64,000 bases of DNA. Source: an uncultured Rhodospirillaceae bacterium (lineage in GTDB: Bacteria; Pseudomonadota; Alphaproteobacteria; UBA9219). Both the position numbers and the translations under genes were made by a program. This document shows, one piece after another, positions 46,365-56,676 of this stretch. The notes beneath the pieces were generated by a model that worked only from the letters and a program-made list of their open reading frames with translations, was not told where the DNA came from and ran no database searches. The stretch's first letter is position 1. Each line of letters starts with the position of its first letter. Where the stretch lies: NCBI GenBank assembly GCA_964652235.1, contig CAZZDK010000002.1, positions 38,675 through 102,674 on the forward strand, read 5' to 3'.

Positions 46365-46903
46365 TTTTTTTTGTCGGCCTCGACCGCCGTGACCTTCACG
46401 CCCGCTTCGAGAAGTTTGCCAAGCCCGATCTCGACGCTTTTGCGCCATTTGGGCTTCAGGCGCGGATAGGCCGTCACGGCATGGGCGGGAAGAATGACCT
46501 GCTTGATCCCGCACTCCACAAGCAATCCCGCGCAGACAGCGCAAGGCTCAAGGGTTATATAAAGCCGCGCGTTTTTAACTTCGGCCTTTTCCCGCAAGGC
46601 CTGGGCGATCACCATTTGCTCGGCGCAATTGAACCACATGGAGCGCGAGCCGTCTTCGTACCGTTCCGGTTTTTTCCAATCGAGGCCGTGCGCGAAACGA
46701 TTGGCGCCGCGCGCGATTTCTTTCCCGTCCGCGCCGACGAGAACCGCGCCGACCTTGACGGTCGGATGGGGGCTGCCGCCCTGGGCGGGGTCTTTGTGCG
46801 CCATTGCTTGCGCCCGGGCCAGCCATTTGCGATGCTCCCTTTCGTCCTGGGAGCCTTTCGCGCAAACGTCAAAAAAAGAGGAAAGATCGAATAACTTAAA
46901 CAT
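46361..46903 (-). CDS. Cytidine/deoxycytidylate deaminase family protein
   Basis: Zinc-binding CAE ... PCAVCAG motifs. Confidence 0.6.
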   Translation of the reverse strand: MFKLFDLSSFFDVCAKGSQDEREHRKWLARAQAMAHKDPAQGGSPHPTVKVGAVLVGADGKEIARGANRFAHGLDWKKPERYEDGSRSMWFNCAEQMVIAQALREKAEVKNARLYITLEPCAVCAGLLVECGIKQVILPAHAVTAYPRLKPKWRKSVEIGLGKLLEAGVKVTAVEADKKN

Positions 46904-47044
46904 GGGGCTCCCATCGCGGGGACGTCATTGTAAAAAAGCTTTTTTACCAATTGGTTAACAACGCGCTAGTCGATAGGCTCTGGACACCTTCCACCGCTTT
47001 CGTTAGTACGAGAGGGCCTTTCTCCAACCTTTTGGGATTCTTTC

Positions 47045-47965
47045 ATGAAACTGCGCCCGATCAACTTCATCCCTGTCGACACAAACATCGATTTCGTCGC
47101 CAAGCGCTGGGTCGCTTTCGGATGGACGTTGTTTTTGGTGCTTGTGACCGTCGTTTCGCTTGCCGTGAACGGGCTCAATCTCGGCATTGATTTCAAGGGA
47201 GGGATTTTGATCGAGGCCGAGGCCCCGAGCGCCGTGGACGTAGGCGCGTTGCGTAAGGACCTCGAAACCCTGAAGCTGGGAGAGATATCTCTGCAGGAGT
47301 TCGGCTCGCCCAAAGACGTTCTGATCCGCGTCCAAAGGCAGGAAGGCGGGGAGGAGGCGCAACAAGCGGCCATCAAGGCCGTGCGCGAAAAGATGGGCGG
47401 CGGCTACGACTACCGCCGGGTCGAAGTCGTCGGTCCCACCATAGGCGACGAGCTTTTCCGCGCAGGTCTTTGGGCCACGTTTTTCGCGGTTCTGGCCATC
47501 GCGGCCTATGTGGCCGTCCGCTTCGAATGGCAGTTCGGCGTCGCCGCCTTTATCGCGACTTTGCACGATGTTTTCGTGACGGTGGGGCTTTTTTCCGTTC
47601 TTCAGCTCGATTTCAACCTGACGGCCATCGCCGCGCTTTTGACGCTGGCAGGTTATTCCGTCAACGATACCGTCGTCGTCTTCGACCGTATGCGCGAGAC
47701 CTTGCGACGGCAGAAAATGCCCGATCTCCGAACGCTCATTAACGTTTCCGTCAATCAAACGCTCTCCCGTACCATCTTGACGGGGGGGACGACCCTTCTT
47801 GCCCTCGTTCCGCTTATTTTGATCGGCGGACCCGTCCTTATCAATTTTTCGTTGGCCTTGGCCTGGGGAATCCTGATCGGCACCTATTCGTCGATCTATG
47901 TGGCGGCCTCGATGATGCTTTATATGCCGCCTTTGAAGCGGCTGGAGAACGCTACAAAACGCTGA
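47045..47965 (+). CDS. secF: Protein translocase subunit SecF
   Basis: 306 aa, N-terminal TM then periplasmic domain, six C-terminal TMs; FKGGILIEA, RVEVVGPTIG signatures. Confidence 0.8.
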   Translation: MKLRPINFIPVDTNIDFVAKRWVAFGWTLFLVLVTVVSLAVNGLNLGIDFKGGILIEAEAPSAVDVGALRKDLETLKLGEISLQEFGSPKDVLIRVQRQEGGEEAQQAAIKAVREKMGGGYDYRRVEVVGPTIGDELFRAGLWATFFAVLAIAAYVAVRFEWQFGVAAFIATLHDVFVTVGLFSVLQLDFNLTAIAALLTLAGYSVNDTVVVFDRMRETLRRQKMPDLRTLINVSVNQTLSRTILTGGTTLLALVPLILIGGPVLINFSLALAWGILIGTYSSIYVAASMMLYMPPLKRLENATKR

Positions 47966-48488
47966 GAAGGTGCTTGCCGTAAAGCTTTGCTAAAAGGCCT
48001 ATCAACAAGAACGGCGCGAAATGAAGATAGCCGGACGGCCGCGCGTCGCGCCAAAGCAAGCCGACAAGCCAACGAAGCCCCATCCAGACAAGCCCCAGCC
48101 AGGCGCCGAAGATCCAGGCCCAGAAAACAGCCGGAAGACCGAACGCCGCCGCCGCGACCGAAGTCCATTTGGCGTCGCCCATGCCTAAAGCGTCGCGGCG
48201 CGTCAGGGATAAATAAAGCGCATTCGCGCTTTTCAATATCCAAAATGCCGCCGCGCCTAAAAGAAATCGTCCGCCCGCCGAGGGCCACCCCTCATAGGCC
48301 GCCGAAGGAAAGAGAGTTGCTGCCAGAGCAAGAAGGATTAAAACGTTTGGCACGCGTCCTATAAAGGCGTCCACCAGGGCGGCGAGGCCCAGGAGCGTCA
48401 GAAGGACAAACGGCAAAAACCAAAGCTCAGGCGGAAAAACCGGGGTCAGATAGGCGGCAAGGGCGGCGAGATCGTGCATATTTTTCAC
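47952..48488 (-). CDS. Prepilin peptidase, A24 family (CpaA-like)
   Basis: Polytopic membrane protein with DAFIGRVPN and GMGDAKW motifs. Confidence 0.6.
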   Translation of the reverse strand: MKNMHDLAALAAYLTPVFPPELWFLPFVLLTLLGLAALVDAFIGRVPNVLILLALAATLFPSAAYEGWPSAGGRFLLGAAAFWILKSANALYLSLTRRDALGMGDAKWTSVAAAAFGLPAVFWAWIFGAWLGLVWMGLRWLVGLLWRDARPSGYLHFAPFLLIGLLAKLYGKHLLSVL

Positions 48489-48982
48489 TTAGCCGCGCGA
48501 CGTCCGGCGGCTTTCGTTTTCTTGACTTCCGGCACGCCTTCCTGAACGGGCGGCTTTTCCTCTGGGACGACCTGGGACAGGGCCGCTTCGGCGCGGGCGA
48601 TCTGGCCTATATCCCAGAGCTTTTCCGCCGTTTCGCGCGCGATGGTTTTCCATCGTGAAGTTTCGGCCTGTTGAAGGGTAAGCGACTGTTCAAGTTCGCG
48701 CGCTCGCGCGCGCCAGAATTCCATCTGCGTGGAAAGGCTCTGGTTCTGTTCGACGTGCGCGTCCAGATCGTCTTGAAGCTGTTCGATTTTGGATTCAAGC
48801 TGCGCCTGAGTCGGGGAAAAGAAAGAAGACCGCAGGGAAAAACCGCCGCCAGCCGAACAGGCGAGATCTTTGAAGCTAAGCCCGTTTTTGGCGAGAATCC
48901 GCCGCGCCATCCGCAAAGCGCCCAGCGCTTCGCCCTCATGGCTGGAATCCACCAGCGCCAAAACCTTTTCGAGTTGTTCCAT
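48485..48982 (-). CDS. Hypothetical coiled-coil protein
   Basis: ORF overlapping stop/start with prepilin peptidase. Confidence 0.35.
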   Translation of the reverse strand: MEQLEKVLALVDSSHEGEALGALRMARRILAKNGLSFKDLACSAGGGFSLRSSFFSPTQAQLESKIEQLQDDLDAHVEQNQSLSTQMEFWRARARELEQSLTLQQAETSRWKTIARETAEKLWDIGQIARAEAALSQVVPEEKPPVQEGVPEVKKTKAAGRRAAK

Positions 48983-49119
48983 TGAGAACCGAGTCGTTTT
49001 TCAGCAAAAACCGCCCTTGTACCTACCATAAAAACCGAAACCTTTCCAAGGCCGTTTACTTTGCGTTTCTTTTGGGATTAAGCTGACGATCCTTCCTTCC
49101 TCTCACCCACGAGGATTCC

Positions 49120-49686
49120 ATGGCTAAAATCGCTATCGTCTATCATTCGGGTTACGGGCATACCGCCGTCCTGGCCGAAGCCGTGCGCGAAGGCGCTTTG
49201 CGCGTACCTGGCTCGGTCGTTTCCTTGGTCAAGGTCGAAGAGGCGGAAAAGAATTGGGAAACGTTAAACAAAGCCGACGCCTTGATTTTCGGGGCGCCGA
49301 CCTATATGGGCAGCGCGGCCGCGCCTTTTGCGGCGTTCATGGACGCCTCGTCCAAGATTTGGGCGCAACAATTATGGAAGGACAAGGTTGCGGCGGGTTT
49401 TACGAATTCAGGCAGCCAAAGCGGCGACAAACTGAACACGTTGGTACAGATGATGCTCTTTGCCATGCAGCACGGCATGATCTGGGTGGGCCTTGGCCTT
49501 TTGCCAGGAAACAACACCAGCAAAGGCTCGCCAAGCGACATCAACCGTCTGGGCAGTTTTGCAGGCGCGATGGCGCAATCGAACAACGACCAGGGACCCG
49601 ATGTCGCGCCGCCGGAAGCCGACAGGAAAACCGCCGCCCTTTTGGGCGAACGCGTGGCCAAATTGGCCAGCAGGCAGAAGGATTAA
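49120..49686 (+). CDS. Flavodoxin-like NAD(P)H dehydrogenase (quinone), WrbA-like
   Basis: KIAIVYHSGYGHT and LIFGAPTYMGS motifs. Confidence 0.6.
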   Translation: MAKIAIVYHSGYGHTAVLAEAVREGALRVPGSVVSLVKVEEAEKNWETLNKADALIFGAPTYMGSAAAPFAAFMDASSKIWAQQLWKDKVAAGFTNSGSQSGDKLNTLVQMMLFAMQHGMIWVGLGLLPGNNTSKGSPSDINRLGSFAGAMAQSNNDQGPDVAPPEADRKTAALLGERVAKLASRQKD

Positions 49687-49763
49687 GCTGTTTTTAGGCC
49701 CCCTTTACAGCGCCTGAAACGGTCGTTAGGCTGTCTTTAACCTTTTTCCTTCCCGGTGATCCC

Positions 49764-50414
49764 ATGAAGAAACGACTTGCCCTGGCTTTGGCTCTTTTCC
49801 TTGCAGCCTGCTCCAACCCGCCGCCGCCGCAGCCTTTGACGCTCGATTACTCTTCTCTGGGCAAGATTTACCTCGACGCGCAGGACGTGAGGATCATCGA
49901 CCACTCTAAAGTCCCGCCCCATTGGACGCCCTATGTCGGCCATCTGTTCAAGCCGACTTTGGCCGAGGCCGTGAACAAAATGGCCGCCGACCGCCTTCAG
50001 GCCGCCGGACGGATGGGCCACGCGACACTCATCATCAAGGAAGCCACCGTCACCGAGCAGCCCCTCACGACCTCTTCGGACACCTTCTCGACCCTGTTCG
50101 AGCGGCAGCAGGCCTCGCGCTACATAGGCCGGGTCGAGGTTTCTCTTGAGGCCCAATCGCCTGACGGTTCCATGGGCGTCGCCAACGCCTACGCCACGCA
50201 CAGCGCGACATTGCCGGAAAACCCGACGAACGACGAAAAATACGAGGCCTACAAGCTTCTCGTCACGGAAATGATGGCCCGTCTCAACAAGAATCTCGAC
50301 GATGCGATAAGGCAGCATATGTCGAGCTTCCTTTTGACGGGGCCCTCGTCCGAAGCCGCCGGGCCGTCGCCCACGCGCGATTCTCTGATGCCCCCTCTGA
50401 TGGACAGGCGGTAA
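49764..50414 (+). CDS. Lipoprotein (hypothetical)
   Basis: Signal peptide with lipobox LAACS. Confidence 0.5.
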   Translation: MKKRLALALALFLAACSNPPPPQPLTLDYSSLGKIYLDAQDVRIIDHSKVPPHWTPYVGHLFKPTLAEAVNKMAADRLQAAGRMGHATLIIKEATVTEQPLTTSSDTFSTLFERQQASRYIGRVEVSLEAQSPDGSMGVANAYATHSATLPENPTNDEKYEAYKLLVTEMMARLNKNLDDAIRQHMSSFLLTGPSSEAAGPSPTRDSLMPPLMDRR

Positions 50415-50423
50415 TCGTCCTTC

Positions 50424-52061
50424 ATGACCGCGCGTGCGACCTTTCTTCCCTCCAAAGGCCATAAGAAGGCGCGGCGGGCGGCTTTTTTCATCCTTTCTCT
50501 GGCTCCTTTTCTGTTCGGCGCGCTGGCTCTTTACCTGGGGCAGGACGCTAATTGGGATCTGCGGAATTACCATTGGTATAATGCCTACGCTTTTCTGAAC
50601 GGGCGGTTCGGATTCGACCTCCTTCCCTCGCAGGTCCCCTCTTTTTACAATCCGGCGTTGGACGTTCCCTTCTTCCTTTTGGGAAGCCACGTTTCGGCAA
50701 AAATGACGGCCTTCGTTCTGGGAACCGTCCAGGGCTTGAATTTCGTCCTTCTTTTCATGCTCGCGCACGCGGCGTTGATCGTGCCCAATGCGAGACAGAA
50801 AGTTTGGGTCTGTGCCGGACTGGCGGCCTTGGGGATGCTCGGCGGTGGCGGTATCGCGCAGCTCGGCGCGACTTTTTACGATAACGTCACAAGCCTCGGC
50901 CTCTTCGCCTCAGCGCTGATGGTTCTGCGCTTCTGGCCGCTTTTTTTGAAAGAGGCGCCCGCCCGCGCGCTGGGGCTGGCCTTCCTGTCAGGGGTGCCCG
51001 CCGGATTGATGATGGGCCTTAAACTGCCTTCGGCCCTTTTCTGCGTCGGACTTTGCGGCGCGATTCTTTTCGTGACGGGGCCGTGGCGACGGCGCGTCTG
51101 GATATCCTTCGGGTTCGGTCTCGGCGTTTTGGCTGCCGCTGTCGTTTCGCTCGGCCCTTGGGCGTTTTTCCTTTATTCGGAATACGGCAATCCGTTCTTC
51201 CCCTATTTCGACAAACTCTTTCCCTCCGCTTTTTCGCCGCCGGGCAGTATCCGGGACATCAAGTTCATTCCCCAAACCTGGCATGATCGGCTTCTTTTCC
51301 CCTTCATCTTCGCCGAGTTTCCGCAGCGCGTCGGCGAGATTCCCTGGCGCGATCTGCGACTGCCCCTTCTTTATGTCCTCTTGCCCGCCGCCGCTTTTTT
51401 GCGCCTTGTTTACGGACGCAACAAACGCGCAGCGGATCGTTTCGCCGATTTCTCGACGACCCGTTATCTGCTTTGGTTCGCGGTCCTGTCTTACGTCGTT
51501 TGGCTCTTCGCCTTCGCGATCTATCGCTATGTCCTGCCGCTCGAAATGCTGGCGCCGCTTTTGATCGTTTTGACGATCGGCCTTTTGCCTTTGCGCGCAG
51601 GGCCGAGGGCGATGCTCGCAGGCTTCGCGCTTCTCGCCGTGGCTCTGACGGTTCAGCCCGGGGATTGGGGCCGTAGGGAAACGTGGCTCGACAGAACCGT
51701 CGAAGTCTCGGTCCCGGACCTTAAGGACCCGCAGAGTCTCATGATCCTCATGGCGGGGTATGAGCCTTATTCCCACGTCGTGCCCTCTTTTCCGCCGGAG
51801 ATCCCTTTTGTCCGCATTCAAAGCAACTTTATCAATCCGGAGGTTCCTTGCGGGTTCAACGATCTGATCCGCAGGCGCGTGGCCGAACATCGGGGCGCTT
51901 ACAAAATTTTAATCCCTCGCTATCAATTTGAGCTCGCCCAAAAGGCGCTTCGCCTCTTCGATCTCGCTTTTCTGCCGCAAAAATGCCAAATCGTTGAGGA
52001 TCATCTTTACCCCTCCAATCTCGCCTTGTGCGACGTCAAAAGAACGAAGGATAAACCATGA
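50424..52061 (+). CDS. Polytopic membrane glycosyltransferase-like protein (GT-C/DUF2029-like)
   Basis: 545 aa, >10 hydrophobic helices; operon with GT2 and GtrA genes. Confidence 0.4.
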   Translation: MTARATFLPSKGHKKARRAAFFILSLAPFLFGALALYLGQDANWDLRNYHWYNAYAFLNGRFGFDLLPSQVPSFYNPALDVPFFLLGSHVSAKMTAFVLGTVQGLNFVLLFMLAHAALIVPNARQKVWVCAGLAALGMLGGGGIAQLGATFYDNVTSLGLFASALMVLRFWPLFLKEAPARALGLAFLSGVPAGLMMGLKLPSALFCVGLCGAILFVTGPWRRRVWISFGFGLGVLAAAVVSLGPWAFFLYSEYGNPFFPYFDKLFPSAFSPPGSIRDIKFIPQTWHDRLLFPFIFAEFPQRVGEIPWRDLRLPLLYVLLPAAAFLRLVYGRNKRAADRFADFSTTRYLLWFAVLSYVVWLFAFAIYRYVLPLEMLAPLLIVLTIGLLPLRAGPRAMLAGFALLAVALTVQPGDWGRRETWLDRTVEVSVPDLKDPQSLMILMAGYEPYSHVVPSFPPEIPFVRIQSNFINPEVPCGFNDLIRRRVAEHRGAYKILIPRYQFELAQKALRLFDLAFLPQKCQIVEDHLYPSNLALCDVKRTKDKP

Positions 52062-52990
52062 TAAGCCCCTCTTTAAGAGTCGCGGTTCTCGTTCCCTGCT
52101 ATAACGAAGAAGCCGCCATCGCCGAGGTCGTGAAGGGATTCCGTCGCACTCTGCCGGGCGCGACGATCTACGTCTATGACAACAATTCCAAAGACAAGAC
52201 GATGGAGGTCGCCCGCGCGGCGGGCGCCATCGTGCGGAAAGAAACGCTGCAGGGCAAAGGCAATGTCGTGCGCCGAATGTTCGCGGACGTAGAGGCGGAC
52301 GTTTACGTTCTTGTGGACGGGGACGCGACCTACGACCCGGCTTCGGCCCCCGTCATGATCCAGAAATTGATCGACGATCAGCTTGACATGGTCAACGGCG
52401 CGCGCGTCACGGCCAGCGAAAAGGCCTACAGGCCCGGCCATCGCTTTGGCAATTGGCTTTTAACGAGCATGGTGGCCTGGATATTCGGCAATCGATTTAA
52501 GGATATGCTTTCCGGCTATCGCGTGTTTTCCCGCCGCTACGTCAAGAGTTTTCCGGCCCTATCCGCCGGTTTTGAAACTGAGACCGAGCTGACGGTCCAC
52601 GCGCTTGAGCTAAGGATGCCGACGGACGAAATCTCTACGCCTTACAAGGACCGCCCGGCCGGCTCGACTAGCAAGCTCAGCACGTTCAAAGACGGCTTTC
52701 GCATTTTGTGGATGATCCTCGTTCTGATAAAAGAAGAAAAACCGATGGCGTTTTTTTCGATCATCTCTGTCTTTCTCGGGATCGTCTCGATCATTCTCAT
52801 CTCGCCGATTTTGGTGGAATATTTCGAAACGGGCTTGGTGCCCCGCCTGCCGACCGCCGTTTTGTCGATGGGCCTGATGATCCTGTCCTCGCTTAGCTTC
52901 GCCTGCGGCCTTATCCTCGAAACCGTCACGCGCGGACGGTGCGAGATGAAACGGATGCGCTACCTCAACATCCCAGCGACGCAGAAGTGA
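52058..52990 (+). CDS. Family 2 glycosyltransferase (polyprenyl-phosphate sugar synthase-like) with C-terminal TM anchor
   Basis: VLVPCYNEE...YVYDNNSKD...DGDATYDP motifs; two C-terminal TMs. Confidence 0.7.
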   Translation: MISPSLRVAVLVPCYNEEAAIAEVVKGFRRTLPGATIYVYDNNSKDKTMEVARAAGAIVRKETLQGKGNVVRRMFADVEADVYVLVDGDATYDPASAPVMIQKLIDDQLDMVNGARVTASEKAYRPGHRFGNWLLTSMVAWIFGNRFKDMLSGYRVFSRRYVKSFPALSAGFETETELTVHALELRMPTDEISTPYKDRPAGSTSKLSTFKDGFRILWMILVLIKEEKPMAFFSIISVFLGIVSIILISPILVEYFETGLVPRLPTAVLSMGLMILSSLSFACGLILETVTRGRCEMKRMRYLNIPATQK

Positions 52991-53010
52991 AAAGCCGGAA
53001 TGACGCTCGA

Positions 53011-53403
53011 ATGAGGCAAACCTTTCTCCAATTCCTGAAGTTCGGGATCGTGGGCGTTATCGGGTTCGTCGTCGATACGGCGTTTTTATATCTGGGAATC
53101 AGCGCTCTGGGCTTAAGCCGTATCGCGGCAGGCTTCTTTGCCTTTCCCTTCGCCGTCACGACGACCTGGATCGGCAACCGCCTTTACACCTTCAAGGACG
53201 CGCCGCGCGAACCGCCCGCCAAGCAATGGGCCAAGTTCGCCGCCGTCTGCGCCGTGGGGATCGTGTTCAATCGCGGCACTTATAGTTTAATGGTGAGCCT
53301 CATCCCGTTCGTTTACGATTATCCCGTTTTCGGCCTTCTCGGCGGCACAGCGGCGGGAATGTTTTTTAACTTTTTCGCGTCAAAAAAGCTCGTTTTTCGT
53401 TAA
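53011..53403 (+). CDS. GtrA-family membrane protein
   Basis: About 130 aa, 4 TM, FLKFGIVGVIGFVVD N-terminus; ORF-track start 52939 overlaps GT2 gene. Confidence 0.55.
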   Translation: MRQTFLQFLKFGIVGVIGFVVDTAFLYLGISALGLSRIAAGFFAFPFAVTTTWIGNRLYTFKDAPREPPAKQWAKFAAVCAVGIVFNRGTYSLMVSLIPFVYDYPVFGLLGGTAAGMFFNFFASKKLVFR

Positions 53404-53482
53404 AATCCGCCTTCCGGTTTTACTTTCATGGCCTTCTTTCGAATATACTGAGCCTTCGTTTTCAACCTCGCGGATCGGCTTC

Positions 53483-54031
53483 ATGTATTTCCTGAAACCC
53501 TTCGTTCCTCTTGCAGACCCCACCCCCCTGACCCCCGAAGAGCGGTTTTCGCTTGCCGATGCCCTTGACCGCAGGGAAAGAACCGCTAACAGGGGTCGCT
53601 ATATCTGTGTTTTTGGGGGATTGCTTGGCTCTGCGGTTGGGGCAAGCTACACCGCTTGGACCAACCTGCCTTTTCCCGCTTTGGTCTGGCCGGTTTTGAC
53701 GCCTTTTGCTCTGGCTTCTTTGCCGTTCTTGTGCTTACGCGTAATCGTTAACCGTTTCCGAAAGGCGCGGGACGTTCTCTTAAAAGGAGGATCGCCTCTG
53801 TTGCCGGAAAAAATGTGGAAACCCATTCGCCAGAGGAGAGCCGAGGAAGCCCTGCTTGCTCAAATTAACCTTCGGGCCGCAACCGCCCGGCGCGCGCATG
53901 GATTGTCGATGGGGCCCGATTTGATGACAGCACTTACCGGAAACGGCCCGTTTGAAAACACCGAAAGCTCCCATCCTTACAACGCGCCGCCCCCTGCCGG
54001 AACGAAAGTCCGCCACCTGAGCGTTTGTTAA
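53483..54031 (+). CDS. Hypothetical membrane protein
   Basis: ORF with two hydrophobic helices. Confidence 0.3.
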   Translation: MYFLKPFVPLADPTPLTPEERFSLADALDRRERTANRGRYICVFGGLLGSAVGASYTAWTNLPFPALVWPVLTPFALASLPFLCLRVIVNRFRKARDVLLKGGSPLLPEKMWKPIRQRRAEEALLAQINLRAATARRAHGLSMGPDLMTALTGNGPFENTESSHPYNAPPPAGTKVRHLSVC

Positions 54032-54081
54032 CCCTCTTGTAATTCCCTCAAGGCGTCCTAGATTCCCCTAAGGGGGAAACC

Positions 54082-56667
54082 ATGGATTTTTCAAACTATT
54101 CCGAACGGGCGCAGGGATTCCTGCAAAACGCGCAAATGCTGGCCTTAAAGCTTCAGCATCAGCGTCTCGTGCCCGAACATCTCTTAAAAACCCTTCTTGA
54201 GGACAAAGAGGGCCTGGCCCCCGGCCTTATCAAAGCTGCGGGCGGGGATCCCGCCAAGGCCCTAAGGGAAACGGACGCGGCGCTTGAGAAGATGCCGAGA
54301 GTTTACGCTTCGGGCCAGGCGGACCAGCTTCTTTTAACTCCCGATTTCGGGCGACTTTTGGGCCAGGCGGAAGATCTGGCCCAAAAAGCGGGCGACAGCT
54401 TCGTGACGACCGAACGGCTTTTGCAGGCTTTTTCGCTGGCCGCCGGAACGAATGCGCAAAAGATTCTGGCGAGCGCCAACGTCGTGCCGGAAAAACTGAA
54501 CCAAGCGATCAATGAACTGCGCCAGGGCCGCACCGCCGACAGCGCGGGCGCGGAGAGCCAGTACGAGGCGCTCAAAAAATACGCCCGAGACCTGACGCAA
54601 GCCGCCCGCGAAGGCAAGCTCGATCCCGTCATAGGCCGCGACGAGGAAATTCGCCGCACGATCCAGGTCCTCGCCCGCCGCACGAAAAACAACCCCGTTT
54701 TGATCGGCGAGCCGGGCGTCGGAAAGACCGCCATCATCGAGGGCCTGGCCCAGCGGATCGCGCGGGGCGATGTGCCCGAAAGCCTCAAGAACAAGCGCGT
54801 TTTGGCGCTCGATCTCGGCTCGCTCGTCGCGGGCGCGAAATATCGCGGCGAGTTCGAGGAACGTCTTAAGGCCGTTTTGCAGGAAATTGGCGCGGCGGCA
54901 GGAGAGATCGTCATCTTTATCGACGAGCTTCATCTTCTCGTCGGCGCGGGCAAGACCGAAGGGGCGATGGACGCCTCGAATATGCTCAAGCCCGCCCTGG
55001 CGCGCGGCGAGCTGCATTGCGTGGGCGCGACGACGCTCGACGAATACCGCCAATATATCGAAAAAGACGCGGCGCTGGCGCGGCGTTTTCAGTCCGTCTT
55101 CGTCAGTCAGCCGAGCGTCGAGGATACCATCTCGATCCTGCGCGGCCTTAAGGAAAAATACGAGCTTCATCACGGGGTGCGCATTACCGATGGCGCGATC
55201 GTCGCGGCGGCTACGCTTTCGAACCGCTATATCACGGATCGCTTCCTGCCGGATAAAGCCATCGACCTGATCGACGAAGCGGCGGCCCGCCTGCGCATGG
55301 AGGTGGACAGCAAGCCGGAAGAAATCGACGAAATCGACCGCCGGATCGTGCAGCTCAAAATCGAACGCGCCGCGCTGCAAAAAGAAAACGACGCGGCTTC
55401 GCGCAATCGCCTCAGCAAGCTTGAGGAAGAGCTTTCGAGCCTGGAAGCCTCTTCCCGCGCGTTGACCGAACGCTGGATGAACGAAAAGAGCCAGCTTTCC
55501 AGCGCCCAGAAACTCAAAGAACAAATCGAGCAGGCCCGTAAGGAACTTGAAGAAGCGCAGCGCGCGGGCCAGTACACAAGGGCGGGCGAGTTGACCTACA
55601 GCGTCATTCCGGATTTGGAGAAAAAACTCGCCCAGGTCGAAAAGCAGGGCGAAAACGCGATGATCGACGAGGTGGTGAAAGACAGCGACATCGCCGCCAT
55701 CGTGAGCCGCTGGACCGGCGTGCCCGTGGACAAAATGATGGAAGCCGAGCGCGAGAAGCTTCTCAAGATGGAGGATTTTCTGCGCAAGCGCGTTATCGGA
55801 CAGGACGAAGCCGTCGTGGCCGTTTCCAACGCCGTGCGCCGCGCCCGCGCGGGGCTTCAGGACCCCGGCAGACCGACGGGATCGTTCCTTTTCCTCGGTC
55901 CGACGGGCGTCGGCAAAACGGAACTGACGAAGGCGCTGGCCGCTTTTCTTTTCGACGACGAGCAGGCCCTGCTGCGCGTCGATATGTCGGAATATATGGA
56001 AAAGCACGCCGTCGCACGGCTTATCGGCGCGCCTCCCGGCTATGTGGGATACGACGAGGGCGGCGCCTTGACCGAAGCGGTGCGTCGTAGGCCGTATCAG
56101 GTCATTTTGTTTGACGAGGTGGAAAAAGCGCATCCGGACGTATTCAACGTCTTGCTTCAGGTCCTCGACGATGGGCGGCTTACCGATGGACAGGGCCGCG
56201 TGGTGGACTTCAAAAACACGCTGATTGTTCTGACGTCCAACCTCGGGTCGGATATCCTGGCGGGAGAGGAGGGCGAGACTCTCTCGCCTCATGCGCGGCA
56301 GGCCGTGATGGACGCGGTGCGTAACCATTTTCGTCCTGAATTCCTCAATCGGCTTGACGAGATTCTTCTTTTCCGCCGCCTGAGCCGCGCGGACATGAAA
56401 GGGATCGTGGACGTCCAGCTGGAGCGTTTCGAGAAACTCTTGAAAAACCATGAGTTAACGCTCGACGTCGAGGAAAGCGCCCGCCGCTACTTGGCCGAGG
56501 CGGGATACGATCCTGCCTATGGCGCAAGGCCGCTTAAGCGCGTCATTCAGTCGAAGTTGCAAAACCCCCTGGCACAGGAAATTTTGGCGGGCAAAATGCT
56601 TCCCGGTTCGCGGATCAAGGTCCGCGCAGGCAAGGATGGGCTGGTTTTTGGGGTTGAGGCGCTCTAA
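54082..56667 (+). CDS. clpB: ATP-dependent chaperone ClpB
   Basis: 861 aa; two AAA+ modules ([16 protein letters not shown] Walker A), ClpB N-domain and M-domain coiled coil. Confidence 0.9.
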   Translation: MDFSNYSERAQGFLQNAQMLALKLQHQRLVPEHLLKTLLEDKEGLAPGLIKAAGGDPAKALRETDAALEKMPRVYASGQADQLLLTPDFGRLLGQAEDLAQKAGDSFVTTERLLQAFSLAAGTNAQKILASANVVPEKLNQAINELRQGRTADSAGAESQYEALKKYARDLTQAAREGKLDPVIGRDEEIRRTIQVLARRTKNNPVLIGEPGVGKTAIIEGLAQRIARGDVPESLKNKRVLALDLGSLVAGAKYRGEFEERLKAVLQEIGAAAGEIVIFIDELHLLVGAGKTEGAMDASNMLKPALARGELHCVGATTLDEYRQYIEKDAALARRFQSVFVSQPSVEDTISILRGLKEKYELHHGVRITDGAIVAAATLSNRYITDRFLPDKAIDLIDEAAARLRMEVDSKPEEIDEIDRRIVQLKIERAALQKENDAASRNRLSKLEEELSSLEASSRALTERWMNEKSQLSSAQKLKEQIEQARKELEEAQRAGQYTRAGELTYSVIPDLEKKLAQVEKQGENAMIDEVVKDSDIAAIVSRWTGVPVDKMMEAEREKLLKMEDFLRKRVIGQDEAVVAVSNAVRRARAGLQDPGRPTGSFLFLGPTGVGKTELTKALAAFLFDDEQALLRVDMSEYMEKHAVARLIGAPPGYVGYDEGGALTEAVRRRPYQVILFDEVEKAHPDVFNVLLQVLDDGRLTDGQGRVVDFKNTLIVLTSNLGSDILAGEEGETLSPHARQAVMDAVRNHFRPEFLNRLDEILLFRRLSRADMKGIVDVQLERFEKLLKNHELTLDVEESARRYLAEAGYDPAYGARPLKRVIQSKLQNPLAQEILAGKMLPGSRIKVRAGKDGLVFGVEAL

Positions 56668-56676
56668 TCTAGCCGG

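Noticed and set aside
47045-47965. secF lacking an adjacent secD as an anomaly
   Set aside because: secD may simply lie elsewhere, or the upstream context may differ in this lineage. This cannot be assessed from this window.
54334-56451. 705-aa antisense ORF inside clpB (and similar long antisense ORFs 22918..23889, 44312..45148, 50988..51890, 7447..8385)
   Set aside because: These are typical high-GC antisense open frames opposite strongly supported genes (ClpB, host specificity protein, GGDEF-EAL, GT membrane protein, terminase).
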